Assembly (NCBI GenBank): GCA_903899795.1
Contig: CAIUKX010000197.1
Coordinates: 1-59,006, forward strand
Reading direction: 5' to 3'
DNA: 59,006 bases
From: an uncultured Flavobacteriales bacterium
GTDB taxonomy: Bacteria; Bacteroidota; Bacteroidia; Flavobacteriales_D; Crocinitomicaceae
Shown: one piece after another, positions 1-9,397 of the stretch
Layout of the letters: the number at the start of each line of letters is the position of its first letter
Position numbering within the stretch: the first letter of the stretch is position 1
Made by a program: the position numbers and the translations under genes
Notes under the pieces: generated by a model
The model's database searches: none
Seen by the model: only the letters and a program-made list of their open reading frames with translations
What the model was told of the DNA's origin: nothing

Positions 1-906
1 GAACAATACATTCATGATTTGTGGATCCAGAAAATTAAAGCCTTCTCCTTGATAGGAATAAACCAAAAAATGACCTACTTGTAAATACCACATCAGGCAT
101 TGGATGAAAAAGACCGTGCAAACGATGGTAATTCCGATGAGTAACTTTTTCGGTTTCTTCCAAATGGATGAAATTCCAACTTGGAGATGGGTATAATTTC
201 CAGCTAGGAAAGGAATAAAAAGCAATACAACCAGATTGATTTGCCGCAATAAAAGAATCAGGCCAAAAAACACACATGCCAGATAATAGTGTTTGATTGT
301 CAGATTTTTGAAATAATATTTGGTGAAATACAAGAATGCAGTGATCGCAAACAAAGAGTATACGTGACTAAAACTTGCATCAAAATTGGTGTAATTGGTG
401 ATGGAAGTTCCGAAAACGAGTAACAGTTGAGTCAGAAAAATCAAGTATTTTTTGATATCATATTCTTCCAAAAGTTTCTTGAGAAAATAGATTCCCAGAA
501 ATAAGTAGAAAATGGCGGCATGAAAAATTGTTTTATGAAAAGGGGTTTGGTATCCGTCTTCTGAGTTGTACTTATGTTTAGTCGTAAAGTAGGTATATGC
601 AAAAAAAGGCGATTCTAAAAGTGCAGTCCCACATGGATATTTGTTGATTTTATATCCTTGATAATCAACATAGAGCCCGAGATTATTGACGCGCTGGTAC
701 AATGCAGGATTTTCGGTTTGCTTAGCTTCATTTCGAATAAGGTCATGATGGATGAAGAGCGACGGCAGGTATTCGTAATAACCGATTCCATCTGCATTGA
801 TTGTTGTTTCAGGTTTTCCAATGTAGTTATTCAGAATAAAGAGGTACAAAACAATCAGAAAAAGTTCTTTCCAAATTCTTTCAATTCCATTAATTACTCT
901 ATTCAT
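1..906 (-). CDS. Integral membrane protein; N-terminus present, C-terminus cut by the window edge (possible GT-C-like glycosyltransferase)
   Basis: Absent from the ORF track because it never reaches a stop. Hand translation of the minus strand from ATG at 906 (MNRVINGIERIWKELFLIVLYLFILNNYIGKPETTINADGIGYYEYLPSLFIHHDL...) stays open for 302 codons to base 1. It has many hydrophobic helices. Track ORFs 35..277(-), 615..821(-) and 658..978(+) are out-of-frame fragments. Confidence 0.7.
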   Translation of the reverse strand, partial: MNRVINGIERIWKELFLIVLYLFILNNYIGKPETTINADGIGYYEYLPSLFIHHDLIRNEAKQTENPALYQRVNNLGLYVDYQGYKINKYPCGTALLESPFFAYTYFTTKHKYNSEDGYQTPFHKTIFHAAIFYLFLGIYFLKKLLEEYDIKKYLIFLTQLLLVFGTSITNYTNFDASFSHVYSLFAITAFLYFTKYYFKNLTIKHYYLACVFFGLILLLRQINLVVLLFIPFLAGNYTHLQVGISSIWKKPKKLLIGITIVCTVFFIQCLMWYLQVGHFLVYSYQGEGFNFLDPQIMNVLF

Positions 907-1067
907 CTGTTGTTTAAATGTATCTCAAATGCACGAATTTACTATACTGAAAAAATGCAGATTAATTCATGGATGTAAAACTAAGCAATATTTTCGTTAA
1001 CAATGAACCGTTCAGAATTTGAACGCTGGCAAGCAAATCGTTTTGCTTTTTGTTCTAATTTTCCTTC

Positions 1068-1706
1068 ATGAATTTTATCGATGTTTTGATTATCGTACCT
1101 GTGATTTATGCAGGATGGAAAGGGTTCAAGCATGGCCTCATTATTGAAGTTTTTACGTTGCTGGCATTGGTGGTTGGTCTGTATGCCGGAATCCACTTTT
1201 CAGATTTTGTGGCGGACTTTTTGAAAAAATCAGCCGGATGGTCCTCCAAGTATGTTCCTGTTGTTGCATTCACGATTACATTTCTGGCAGTTGGGGCGAT
1301 GGTTTATTTTGCTGGAAAAGCCATCGAACGTGTGGTTAAAATAACCAATTTGACTCCGGTCAATAAAGGTCTCGGGGTATTTTTCGGAGTTCTGAAAATG
1401 ACCTATTTTGTCAGTGTATTTATTGTTTTAATCGAATCTTACGATGAAAAAAATAATTTCTTTCCTGAAAACAGCAAAGCGGAATCATTGTTGTATAATC
1501 CAGTAAAAGAGGTTTCAACCAAAACGATTCCGGGAATAGCTGAAAGTACTATTTTTCTAAAAAATGCGTTTAAAGAAGAATCAGATAGTACGGGCTTGAC
1601 GGTTGAGCAGGTATTGAGAGCCAAAGAAATAGCAGATAGCCTTGGAATTGATGCGAGTGATGCAAAGAAAATAAAAGAAATTCATGATGAGTATGCGGAA
1701 AAGTAG
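1068..1706 (+). CDS. cvpA: CvpA family membrane protein (colicin V production protein-like) with C-terminal extension
   Basis: N-terminus MNFIDVLIIVPVIYAGWKGFKHGLIIEVFTLLALVVGLYAG is typical of CvpA; 4 TM segments. Confidence 0.75.
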   Translation: MNFIDVLIIVPVIYAGWKGFKHGLIIEVFTLLALVVGLYAGIHFSDFVADFLKKSAGWSSKYVPVVAFTITFLAVGAMVYFAGKAIERVVKITNLTPVNKGLGVFFGVLKMTYFVSVFIVLIESYDEKNNFFPENSKAESLLYNPVKEVSTKTIPGIAESTIFLKNAFKEESDSTGLTVEQVLRAKEIADSLGIDASDAKKIKEIHDEYAEK

Positions 1707-2214
1707 TGCATTAATTGGATGTTTTTTATTGGTTACCTTATGGACATTCGGTCAATTGAACGAGAAGAAAAAATTCAGTTTCAAAGGATTAAAGAAGGAT
1801 GTTACGGTAAAAAAATACGGTCCCTATTTTGGTTATCAGAAAGGGAAGTATGACGTGTATGAATTAGGAATGGAAAAGCAATGGAAGAGAATAAAATTAT
1901 CCAAACCTTCAACGAATGCTCTTCATTTTGGCATAAATTATAATTTTGTTGGTGGTGTTTTGGGTTACGATTTGGGTTACTGGCATAAAAAAGGAAGGTT
2001 GAATTTCACCTATGGCGGGAATCTTTGTCTACGAACAGATTTTACACATAACAAAGTAGGTTTTGCACCTGTGATTGGTTATAAAATCTGGCAATTTCAT
2101 CTGCAGACAGGTTATGTTTTTTTAACCAAATCGAATACCTTTATGCCCACCAATACATTTTTCATCTCATTGTGCTTTGTGTTATTGAATCATCGGGATG
2201 TTGACGTTAAGTAA
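1684..2214 (+). CDS. Hypothetical secreted or outer-membrane protein
   Basis: Signal-peptide-like N-terminus (SSALIGCFLLVTLWTFGQ) and Gly/Tyr-rich alternating strands (GINYNFVGGVLGYDLGYWH). No family recognised. Start may be an internal Met (1693). Confidence 0.55.
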   Translation: MMSMRKSSALIGCFLLVTLWTFGQLNEKKKFSFKGLKKDVTVKKYGPYFGYQKGKYDVYELGMEKQWKRIKLSKPSTNALHFGINYNFVGGVLGYDLGYWHKKGRLNFTYGGNLCLRTDFTHNKVGFAPVIGYKIWQFHLQTGYVFLTKSNTFMPTNTFFISLCFVLLNHRDVDVK

Positions 2215-2252
2215 AATCCCTTCTATTCGTGGATTTGTATTAATTTTGAAGC

Positions 2253-3380
2253 ATGGCAAGATCGTATAGGGCAATTGTTTCTGTGACCAATGATTTGTAC
2301 ACAGATCAGCGTGTGCACAAAGTGTGTCTTTTGCTACAAAGTCAGGGTTATTCAGTCACTTTAGTGGGACGTTTGCGAAAAAACAGCTTGGTCTTGGAAC
2401 GTCCTTATGCGACGAAACGGATGAAATTGTTTTTTGATAAAGGGGCAAAGTTCTATGCCGAATACAATTTACGCCTTTTCATTTTTTTGCTTTTTCATCG
2501 TTCGGATTTGTTGGTAGCAAATGATTTGGATACACTTTTAGCGAATTATACTGCAAGTAAATTCAAACCAGCTAGTAGGTTAGTTTACGATTCACATGAA
2601 TATTTTACGGAAGTTCCGGAATTGATTCATCGGCCTAAAGTCAAGAAATTCTGGGAAGGCATTGAGGCTTCCATTTTTCCGAAATTAAAATCTGTTTATA
2701 CCGTTAACGAGTCGATCGCAAAATTATATTCGGATAAATACAGAAAAGAGATTAAAGTGGTTCGTAACATTTCACCGTTGTGGAATCCAGTAGCATTGAA
2801 AACGAAAAGCGAATTGGGCATTCCGGAAGATAAAAAACTGATTATTATTCAAGGCGCTGGAATCAATATAGATCGCGGTTCGGAAGAAGCAGTTGAAGCC
2901 ATGAAATGGATCGAAAATGCGGTTCTTATGATCGTAGGAGATGGCGATGTGGTTCCTGATTTGAAGAAGTATGTCTTGGAAAATCAGCTGTCTTATAAAG
3001 TCTTGTTTTTTGGGAAAAGAAGTTATGCTGAAATGATGAATTTCACTTATTTTGCTGATTTGGGTTTGACCTTGGATAAATCAACCAACCTGAATTATCG
3101 CTACTCGCTTCCCAATAAAGTATTTGATTATATCTATACCGGAACTCCTGTTGTAGCAACGGATTTGATTGAGATTTCGGCAGTGATTGAAAAGCACAAT
3201 GTCGGGAAAATCATTCACGATTTTACACCTCAAAATTTAGCGAAATTGCTTACTGAATTATTGGATGACGAGGTTTTATTGAACGAATTGAAGTCAAATT
3301 GCTTGAAAGCGAAGGAGATTGAAAATTGGGAGAAGGAAACAGAGGTATTGAAACAAATTTATCCGAAAGTTGGCAAATAA
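2253..3380 (+). CDS. Glycosyltransferase (GT-B fold, family 4/1-like)
   Basis: 375 aa. N-terminus SVTNDLYTDQRVHKVCLLLQSQGYSVTLVG and a C-terminal GT1-like region (IIQGAGINIDRGSEEAVEAM...VGDG...LPNKVFDY). Confidence 0.75.
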   Translation: MARSYRAIVSVTNDLYTDQRVHKVCLLLQSQGYSVTLVGRLRKNSLVLERPYATKRMKLFFDKGAKFYAEYNLRLFIFLLFHRSDLLVANDLDTLLANYTASKFKPASRLVYDSHEYFTEVPELIHRPKVKKFWEGIEASIFPKLKSVYTVNESIAKLYSDKYRKEIKVVRNISPLWNPVALKTKSELGIPEDKKLIIIQGAGINIDRGSEEAVEAMKWIENAVLMIVGDGDVVPDLKKYVLENQLSYKVLFFGKRSYAEMMNFTYFADLGLTLDKSTNLNYRYSLPNKVFDYIYTGTPVVATDLIEISAVIEKHNVGKIIHDFTPQNLAKLLTELLDDEVLLNELKSNCLKAKEIENWEKETEVLKQIYPKVGK

Positions 3381-4485
3381 GCAGATTCATATCGTCTCTT
3401 TTGATGTTCCCTATCCAGCGGATTACGGAGGAGCAATAGATGTTTATTACCGGATAAAGGCGTTGCATCAATTGGGATATAAAATTACGCTTCATTGCTA
3501 CGAATATGGCCGTGGAATGCAGTCACATCTGGAAGAGATTACCGAAAAAGTACATTATTACCAGCGACCAAAACGGTTGTTGCAGGTTTTCAGTAAACGA
3601 CCATTTATTGTTGAAACCCGGAAATCTACTGAACTATTGCAGCGTTTGTTAGCCGACACTCATCCAATTCTTCTGGAAGGCTTGCATAGCACTTGGGTAT
3701 TGGAAAATCCTAAAATTCAACAAAAAATAACCATCGTCCGCACACACAATATTGAGCATGAATATTATAGAGCCTTGGCTGATAAATCAGGATTTTTGAA
3801 GCGAATTTATTTCAGGCAGGAAGCGAAAAAATTGGAAGATTATGAATCCATCTTGAAATATGCGTCCTTTATTTTGTGTATATGCGAAGGGGATGTACAT
3901 CATTCCAAAAAAATAAATCCAAATGTGAATGTATTACCGGCTTCAATTCCGGAAATCAGCGATTCAGGATATCAAGAAACGGATCGCTATGCTTTGTTTC
4001 ACGGAAACTTATCGGTGGTTGAAAATGTAGAAGCAGTCAAATGGATCATTGAACACATCTGGAAAAAGGATCAATCGATACTTCCTTTAAAAATTGCAGG
4101 AAAAAATCCTTCGGAACAATTCATCCGATATGTAGCCGAAGCAGGTATGGAAATAATCCCAAATCCTTCCCAAACCGATTTGGATGAACTTTTGCAGAAA
4201 GCGAGAATCCATGTTTTGGTCAGTGACCAATCGACAGGTGTAAAGTTGAAATTGCTTCATGCGTTAGAAACTTCAGGTCATGTTTTGGTGAATTCTCAAA
4301 TGGTTGAGGGAACTGATCTAGGTGGCGTCTCAATTGTTTGTCAAACACCCGATGAATTTCTTCTGAATATCAAGGAAAAACAAGATCATAATTTAACGGT
4401 ACTAGAATTTGAAAATCGACTTTCCTTTTTGAAGATGAAATATGATACTGTCGAAAATTGCCAAATTTTTGAGAAGCTTTTATGA
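3370..4485 (+). CDS. Glycosyltransferase (GT-B fold, family 1-like)
   Basis: HIVSFDVPYPADYGGAIDVYYRIKALHQLGYKITLH is typical of a Flavobacteriia mannosyltransferase-like GT. Apparent TTG start overlaps the upstream GT by 11 nt. Confidence 0.7.
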   Translation: MANKQIHIVSFDVPYPADYGGAIDVYYRIKALHQLGYKITLHCYEYGRGMQSHLEEITEKVHYYQRPKRLLQVFSKRPFIVETRKSTELLQRLLADTHPILLEGLHSTWVLENPKIQQKITIVRTHNIEHEYYRALADKSGFLKRIYFRQEAKKLEDYESILKYASFILCICEGDVHHSKKINPNVNVLPASIPEISDSGYQETDRYALFHGNLSVVENVEAVKWIIEHIWKKDQSILPLKIAGKNPSEQFIRYVAEAGMEIIPNPSQTDLDELLQKARIHVLVSDQSTGVKLKLLHALETSGHVLVNSQMVEGTDLGGVSIVCQTPDEFLLNIKEKQDHNLTVLEFENRLSFLKMKYDTVENCQIFEKLL

Positions 4486-5919
4486 CTCTGATCTGAATTG
4501 AGTTTTTAGTTTTTTTACATCGATCATTTTGAAAATGAATAATGTACAAGCACAAAGAATCAATTCGATGATTAATTTACTGCTACCCATTTCGATGTTT
4601 TGAAAGACAAGAAAAATTCCAATGACCGAAGCAACAAAAAATAGATAGCGAAGCAGTATAATACTCGAAAACTTAAATTGAAATTCTTTTGCACAGTAAA
4701 TAAATTGGATCAAGGCGATGAAACATTGTGTGATACAGGCAACAAAAGCAGTTCCGGTTGCACCATATTTGGGTATGAGGAAAACATTGAGTCCAACACT
4801 GACAATAACCGTTATGAACGAATAGATATTCAATATTCTGAGATTACCATTGGCGGTTAATAGTGTTCCGAAAATGAGACTTGAACTCATTCCGATAAAA
4901 CTTAACATCAGCCATTTAAAACTTGGAATAGATTGTTCGATGTTTTTGTCGTAGATCAATGACATAACAAATTCACTATTGAAATAGCAAAAAGAGATAA
5001 GTAAAATAGATCCACCAACCAGAAGATTTCCGCTTGTAATCAGTAATGGAATAACAGATTCTTTGGTACGAATAATTTTGGAAAACAGTGGGAAAAGTAA
5101 GTTAGCGAAGATCATTCCGAAGAGAAAAAAGGCGTCTAATAAACGAAATCCCTGAGCATAAATTCCAGCTTGGTAATCTCCATTGGGATGTAATCGTTCC
5201 AGAATTACAGAATCACTTCTCGTATAAACCATCATCAATAAAATCAGTAGGGCATAAGGAATACTCTTTTTGACAATCGCTTTTGAAAAGGACCAGTGCC
5301 AGGAGAATTTTGGAAGTCCAATTTGTTTAGCAAGTAGAATAAAAGCGATAATTGCTGTAACACTGTAGCATAAAGTTTGAATCCAGACAAACCATTCAAT
5401 TTTGAACGATCCTGTTTGAGAAGATGAAATCAAAAGTAGTCCGCAAAATAAAATCAATAAGAGTCGATCTAAAACAGAGATGAAAGCATCGGTTTTGAAC
5501 AATAGAAATCCAGCGAAATGACTTCTAAAGTAAGAAATGAGTGTAGCAAGAAATTGGTTAAAAATTAAGAAAAGCAACATATATATTGCTTTTCCATGGT
5601 GCCCTAAGATTATACCTAAGCCCAAGGTGATTACTGAATAAACACAAAACAGGAGTAATCGAAATGAAAACAATTTCCCCATGTATCGAGAGACAATATG
5701 TGGGTATTGCGATATGTTTTTGGTGGTGAAATTGTTAATTCCCAAATCCATCAATATATTGAAGAGAAAGGTAAGATTCAATAATGAAAAGTACAGCCCA
5801 TATTCTTCCTCACCAACTCTATTTTGAACAACAGCATCAATTTTAAAAATAGCAAACGGTTTCACCAACAGGTTGAGGAAAACCATTAAGACTAAATTTG
5901 AAATGAATTTTTTTTGCAT
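4480..5919 (-). CDS. Oligosaccharide flippase (Wzx/polysaccharide biosynthesis protein family)
   Basis: 479 aa with about 12-14 TM helices and MOP-superfamily-like architecture, next to GTs. Converges on and overlaps the GT gene by 6 nt. Confidence 0.7.
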   Translation of the reverse strand: MQKKFISNLVLMVFLNLLVKPFAIFKIDAVVQNRVGEEEYGLYFSLLNLTFLFNILMDLGINNFTTKNISQYPHIVSRYMGKLFSFRLLLFCVYSVITLGLGIILGHHGKAIYMLLFLIFNQFLATLISYFRSHFAGFLLFKTDAFISVLDRLLLILFCGLLLISSSQTGSFKIEWFVWIQTLCYSVTAIIAFILLAKQIGLPKFSWHWSFSKAIVKKSIPYALLILLMMVYTRSDSVILERLHPNGDYQAGIYAQGFRLLDAFFLFGMIFANLLFPLFSKIIRTKESVIPLLITSGNLLVGGSILLISFCYFNSEFVMSLIYDKNIEQSIPSFKWLMLSFIGMSSSLIFGTLLTANGNLRILNIYSFITVIVSVGLNVFLIPKYGATGTAFVACITQCFIALIQFIYCAKEFQFKFSSIILLRYLFFVASVIGIFLVFQNIEMGSSKLIIELILCACTLFIFKMIDVKKLKTQFRSES

Positions 5920-5965
5920 TCTCTTATAAAGTAAAACGGTCTATTCCCTGCATTAAAGGATAATC

Positions 5966-6694
5966 TTAATTCGATATAAAGATGAAATTCTGACTTTTAT
6001 GTCTTAATTCATCGTAAGGAACCAGTTGATTTTCAATTACAATAAAGGTTTTGTAGGAAAGTTCTTTCAAGAGCTGAAAACAGTTGACTCTGTTTTGATT
6101 TTCCCATAATTCAGCATAAATGATCGGATGATCTTTTTCGAGCATATGTCGTCCGCCTTTTAATGCATAATATTCAAAATTTTCAACATCAATTTTAATT
6201 CCTTGAATTTTTTCGGAATTGATAATATTGTCAAGTGTTGTCAATGGTACATCAAATTCTTCACCATCATTCCACTCGGTAATCGATTCATGTTTCACGT
6301 GACTTAAGCCCTGCATTTTGGTTTTACCATTTTCAGGTAAGACCATTTTCACACTTCCTATGGTGTCACCGAGTGCAACTGGATGAAGTTTTACTGATTT
6401 TAGATTGAATTTTGCGATAACTCGCTTTAATACCGAGATATTGGTTGGCATTGGTTCGAATGCATGGATGACAGAATGAGGCAAATGCTGTCCCAAATGA
6501 ACGGTCATTATCCCAATATTTGCGCCGACATCCAAAACAGATCCTTCACCATCCTTTAGCAAGGACAGAAAATGGAAAAAATCTTTTTCATTGGAATCTG
6601 AACGCAGTGTGCGAATTTTAAACAAGGAGAAGACGTACAAATAGAATTGAAATCCCAGTACTTTCTGTAAGATATATTTTATTGAATTCTTCAC
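5966..6694 (-). CDS. FkbM family SAM-dependent methyltransferase
   Basis: VLDVGANIGIMTVHLG (SAM motif I) and IKIDVENFEYYALKGG (FkbM signature). Confidence 0.75.
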   Translation of the reverse strand: MKNSIKYILQKVLGFQFYLYVFSLFKIRTLRSDSNEKDFFHFLSLLKDGEGSVLDVGANIGIMTVHLGQHLPHSVIHAFEPMPTNISVLKRVIAKFNLKSVKLHPVALGDTIGSVKMVLPENGKTKMQGLSHVKHESITEWNDGEEFDVPLTTLDNIINSEKIQGIKIDVENFEYYALKGGRHMLEKDHPIIYAELWENQNRVNCFQLLKELSYKTFIVIENQLVPYDELRHKSQNFIFISN

Positions 6695-6756
6695 ACTTTT
6701 ATAAACGATACAAAAGTAGAAAAAGTTAGGGAATTATTACTGTTTTTTTAGAGTTT

Positions 6757-6947
6757 AGGCTTGAAGACCTAAGACCATTTTCAATGGGAACTATGAGATC
6801 TGATTATGTATTGATCCTTAAGCCTGAAATCCCGATAAACCTGGATGATCAAACATGGCGAACTCATCAACTATTTGGGCCCTATAAATTAGGTCTTAAA
6901 GCGTAACTTGTCCCGAGTATCGGGAGTTATCTAACGTCTTGAGTCTA
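6757..6947. repeat. AGAC/GTCT inverted-repeat element abutting the stop codon of the response-regulator gene
   Basis: Left arm GGCTTGAAGACCTAAGACC (6757-6777). Right arm AGGTCTTAAAG...CGTCTTGAGTCTA (6891-6947). In gene sense it reads TAG-ACTCAAGAC. Internal hairpin TCCCGA-GTA-TCGGGA at 6911-6925. Confidence 0.6.
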
Positions 6948-7640
6948 TTTCACAATAAACTTAAATCCCTTCCCATGAACGTTCATGATTTCTATGGCTT
7001 CGTCTTCTTTCAATAATTTACGCAGTTTCGCAATATAGACATCCATGCTTCTGCCATTGAAGTAGTTATCATCTCCCCAAATGGCTCTTAATGTCGCTTG
7101 GCGGTCTAGTATTTCATTCTGGTTTTTTACTAATAAAATCAACAAATCATTTTCTTTGGTTGTCAGTTTTTTGTCTCCATCCGAAAGATGTAAAATTCTT
7201 AAATCGGGCTCGTAGTTTATTTTACCGACTTTTACTATTTTATCGTTGGCATCTGTTTTTGATTCAACTCGTCTTAAAATTGCTGTTATTCTCGCTAGCA
7301 ATTCTTCCATGGAAAAAGGTTTAGTCAGGTAATCGTCTGCTCCTGCTGCAAATCCTTCTAATTTATCATCCTTCAATGCTTTTGCTGTTAAAAAAAGAAT
7401 CGGGACTTTACGATCAATTTCACGAATTTCTTTAGCAAGTGTAAAACCATCCATTACCGGCATCATTAAATCAAAAATGCAAAAGTCATACTTTGCTTCA
7501 TTGAAACGTTCGAATGCTTCTTTACCATTTTGAGCTAGATGAACATTGAACCCTTTTGATTCCATATAGGTTTGTAATAATTTCCCAAGATTTTCTTCAT
7601 CTTCGGCCAATAAAATGTTTAATTTATTACTCATAATCAA
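6945..7640 (-). CDS. OmpR/PhoB-family response regulator (REC + winged helix)
   Basis: LLAEDEENLGKLL, phospho-acceptor context DLMMPVMDG, LTAK, C-terminal YIAKLRKLL winged helix. 4-nt overlap with the upstream kinase gene. Confidence 0.9.
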   Translation of the reverse strand: MIMSNKLNILLAEDEENLGKLLQTYMESKGFNVHLAQNGKEAFERFNEAKYDFCIFDLMMPVMDGFTLAKEIREIDRKVPILFLTAKALKDDKLEGFAAGADDYLTKPFSMEELLARITAILRRVESKTDANDKIVKVGKINYEPDLRILHLSDGDKKLTTKENDLLILLVKNQNEILDRQATLRAIWGDDNYFNGRSMDVYIAKLRKLLKEDEAIEIMNVHGKGFKFIVK

Positions 7641-9355
7641 TTTATTATCTTAATTGTAAATTCTGAACCTTCTCCGAGGATGCTTTTAACCGTAACGTTC
7701 CAGCCGTGCAATTGTGCAATGGCTTTTACATAGCTCAAACCCAAACCGAATCCTTTCACATTGTGCAAATTACCCGTTGGAATACGGTATAATTTATCAA
7801 ATATTTTCGACAAATGTTCTTTTCCAATACCAATTCCATTGTCTTTCACTTTCAGGAGATAGGCATTTCCTTCTTTTTCCAACTTGATGGTTACATGCGG
7901 AACTCCTTCGCTGTATTTTATTCCATTATCCACCAGATTCGAAATCACATTTGTCAAATGCATTTTATCTGCGTACACTTCGATTAAATCGGAAGGAAGA
8001 TCCAAATCGATTTTACCACCAAGTGATTTTAATCGAAATTGAGCATTGAACGCAACTTCATGAATGATTTCGTTGAGTAGAACGTTTTCCTTTTTCAATT
8101 TCAATTCCCCTCTGTCCATTACTGCGCTTTGCAGAATTCGTTCGACCAATAAGCTCAATCGTTGATTTTCATCGTTGATCATTTTTACAAAGGGTTCAAT
8201 TGATGTGGTACTTCCTTTCATCATGTCAGGATCATTTAAGGCTTGACAGGCTAATGAAATGGTTGAAATTGGTGTTTTAAACTCATGCGTCATATTGGAT
8301 ATAAAGTCACTTCGCAGTTCAGAAAGTTTCTTTTGTGTTAAAATGGTTCTGAACATGAATACCAATGCGATAACGATTAGAATCATTAACATCAAACTGA
8401 TGGACATGGAACCCCACATTTCTTTTAAGAGAAAAGAGCTTTTAGTTGGGAAATATACATGAAGCATGATGTTGTCATCCAATGTATTACTCGGAAAAAG
8501 TCCAATTTTAGCAGATTTTGTTGTGTCTAAATCATTGCGGTAATTATTTACGCGACATAAATTGCTGCATTTTGTTGATTTTAATTGAAAATTCAAAGGT
8601 TTACCTTCTTCATTGGTCACCATGAAAATATAATCCAAAGGCAAATCATCTTGTTTGAACTCATGAAAAATAACAGAATCTAAAAATTCCAGATCAACTC
8701 TTTTTTCAGGTTCTTCATACACATTGTAACGGAATGCTTCCGTCATCATATCGTTGACGAATTTTGCCTTTTTGAAAATCTGTTTTAGTACGCGCTGATC
8801 CAGCTGGATTGCTACAGATGACTTTCCACCTTCCCCTTTTACGATATTTTTCGTTTGGTTTTTAAATAAGTCTCTTACTTGTTTTACATTGCGAGCCAGT
8901 ACTTTATGTTCTGCAGTTAAACCAGATAATGAATCAAATGATTTCCCCCGGATCACCAAATAGCTTTGCATTTCGCCGTTTTCAAAAACGGATGTATCTC
9001 GAATAGAAATAGATTCTTGGGCAGAGAGTAAATTTTGAAATTCCTGTTTTAATATGTCTTTGTATTGACCACTGAAATCACGGTTTACAATGTGCATATA
9101 CCTGCGAATGTCTTCAGCTTTTTCATGTCGAATTGCAATACGTTCCAAAGAAGTGTTGACTTTACTTTTGAATTGTGTCGATTTTCTATCATATAACTGA
9201 GCAGTCTGGAACGATTGGATAACCAATAAAGCCAGCATAGCAACTACGACTAAAACAAAAATAAAATTGACCCGTATTTTCTTCACAAATAATAAGTTTG
9301 CAACTAAAGTAACGCAAACTGTCGGCTTTAGTATAAGGTTAACTTTTTTTAACAA
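7637..9355 (-). CDS. Sensor histidine kinase (two TM, HisKA + HATPase_c)
   Basis: H-box SNMTHEFKTPIS, N-box NLVDNGIKYS, G1 DNGIGI, G2 GFGLGLSYV. The true start may be the internal GTG near 9286 (VKKIRVNFIF...). Confidence 0.9.
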   Translation of the reverse strand: MLKKVNLILKPTVCVTLVANLLFVKKIRVNFIFVLVVVAMLALLVIQSFQTAQLYDRKSTQFKSKVNTSLERIAIRHEKAEDIRRYMHIVNRDFSGQYKDILKQEFQNLLSAQESISIRDTSVFENGEMQSYLVIRGKSFDSLSGLTAEHKVLARNVKQVRDLFKNQTKNIVKGEGGKSSVAIQLDQRVLKQIFKKAKFVNDMMTEAFRYNVYEEPEKRVDLEFLDSVIFHEFKQDDLPLDYIFMVTNEEGKPLNFQLKSTKCSNLCRVNNYRNDLDTTKSAKIGLFPSNTLDDNIMLHVYFPTKSSFLLKEMWGSMSISLMLMILIVIALVFMFRTILTQKKLSELRSDFISNMTHEFKTPISTISLACQALNDPDMMKGSTTSIEPFVKMINDENQRLSLLVERILQSAVMDRGELKLKKENVLLNEIIHEVAFNAQFRLKSLGGKIDLDLPSDLIEVYADKMHLTNVISNLVDNGIKYSEGVPHVTIKLEKEGNAYLLKVKDNGIGIGKEHLSKIFDKLYRIPTGNLHNVKGFGLGLSYVKAIAQLHGWNVTVKSILGEGSEFTIKIIN

Positions 9356-9397
9356 CGAAAATGAAAGAAATCATTTGGTATAAAAGTTAAAATACAA

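Noticed and set aside
35-978. Track ORFs 35..277(-), 615..821(-) and 658..978(+)
   Set aside because: All lie inside, and out of frame with, or antisense to, a 302-codon uninterrupted minus-strand frame (906 to 1). That frame has convincing membrane-protein character, so these are spurious fragments.
2241-2248. TAATTTTG -7-like box 4 nt upstream of the first glycosyltransferase ATG
   Set aside because: It is too close to the start codon to direct a transcript that includes that codon. The gene is more likely co-transcribed with upstream genes, or the match is fortuitous in AT-rich DNA.
6784-6906. 40-codon plus-strand ORF (MGTMRSDYVLILKPEIPINLDDQTWRTHQLFGPYKLGLKA) inside the 250-nt spacer
   Set aside because: It is embedded in the spacer of the AGAC/GTCT inverted-repeat element and is antisense to all neighbouring genes. 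It has no recognisable motif or promoter. There is no evidence that it is coding.
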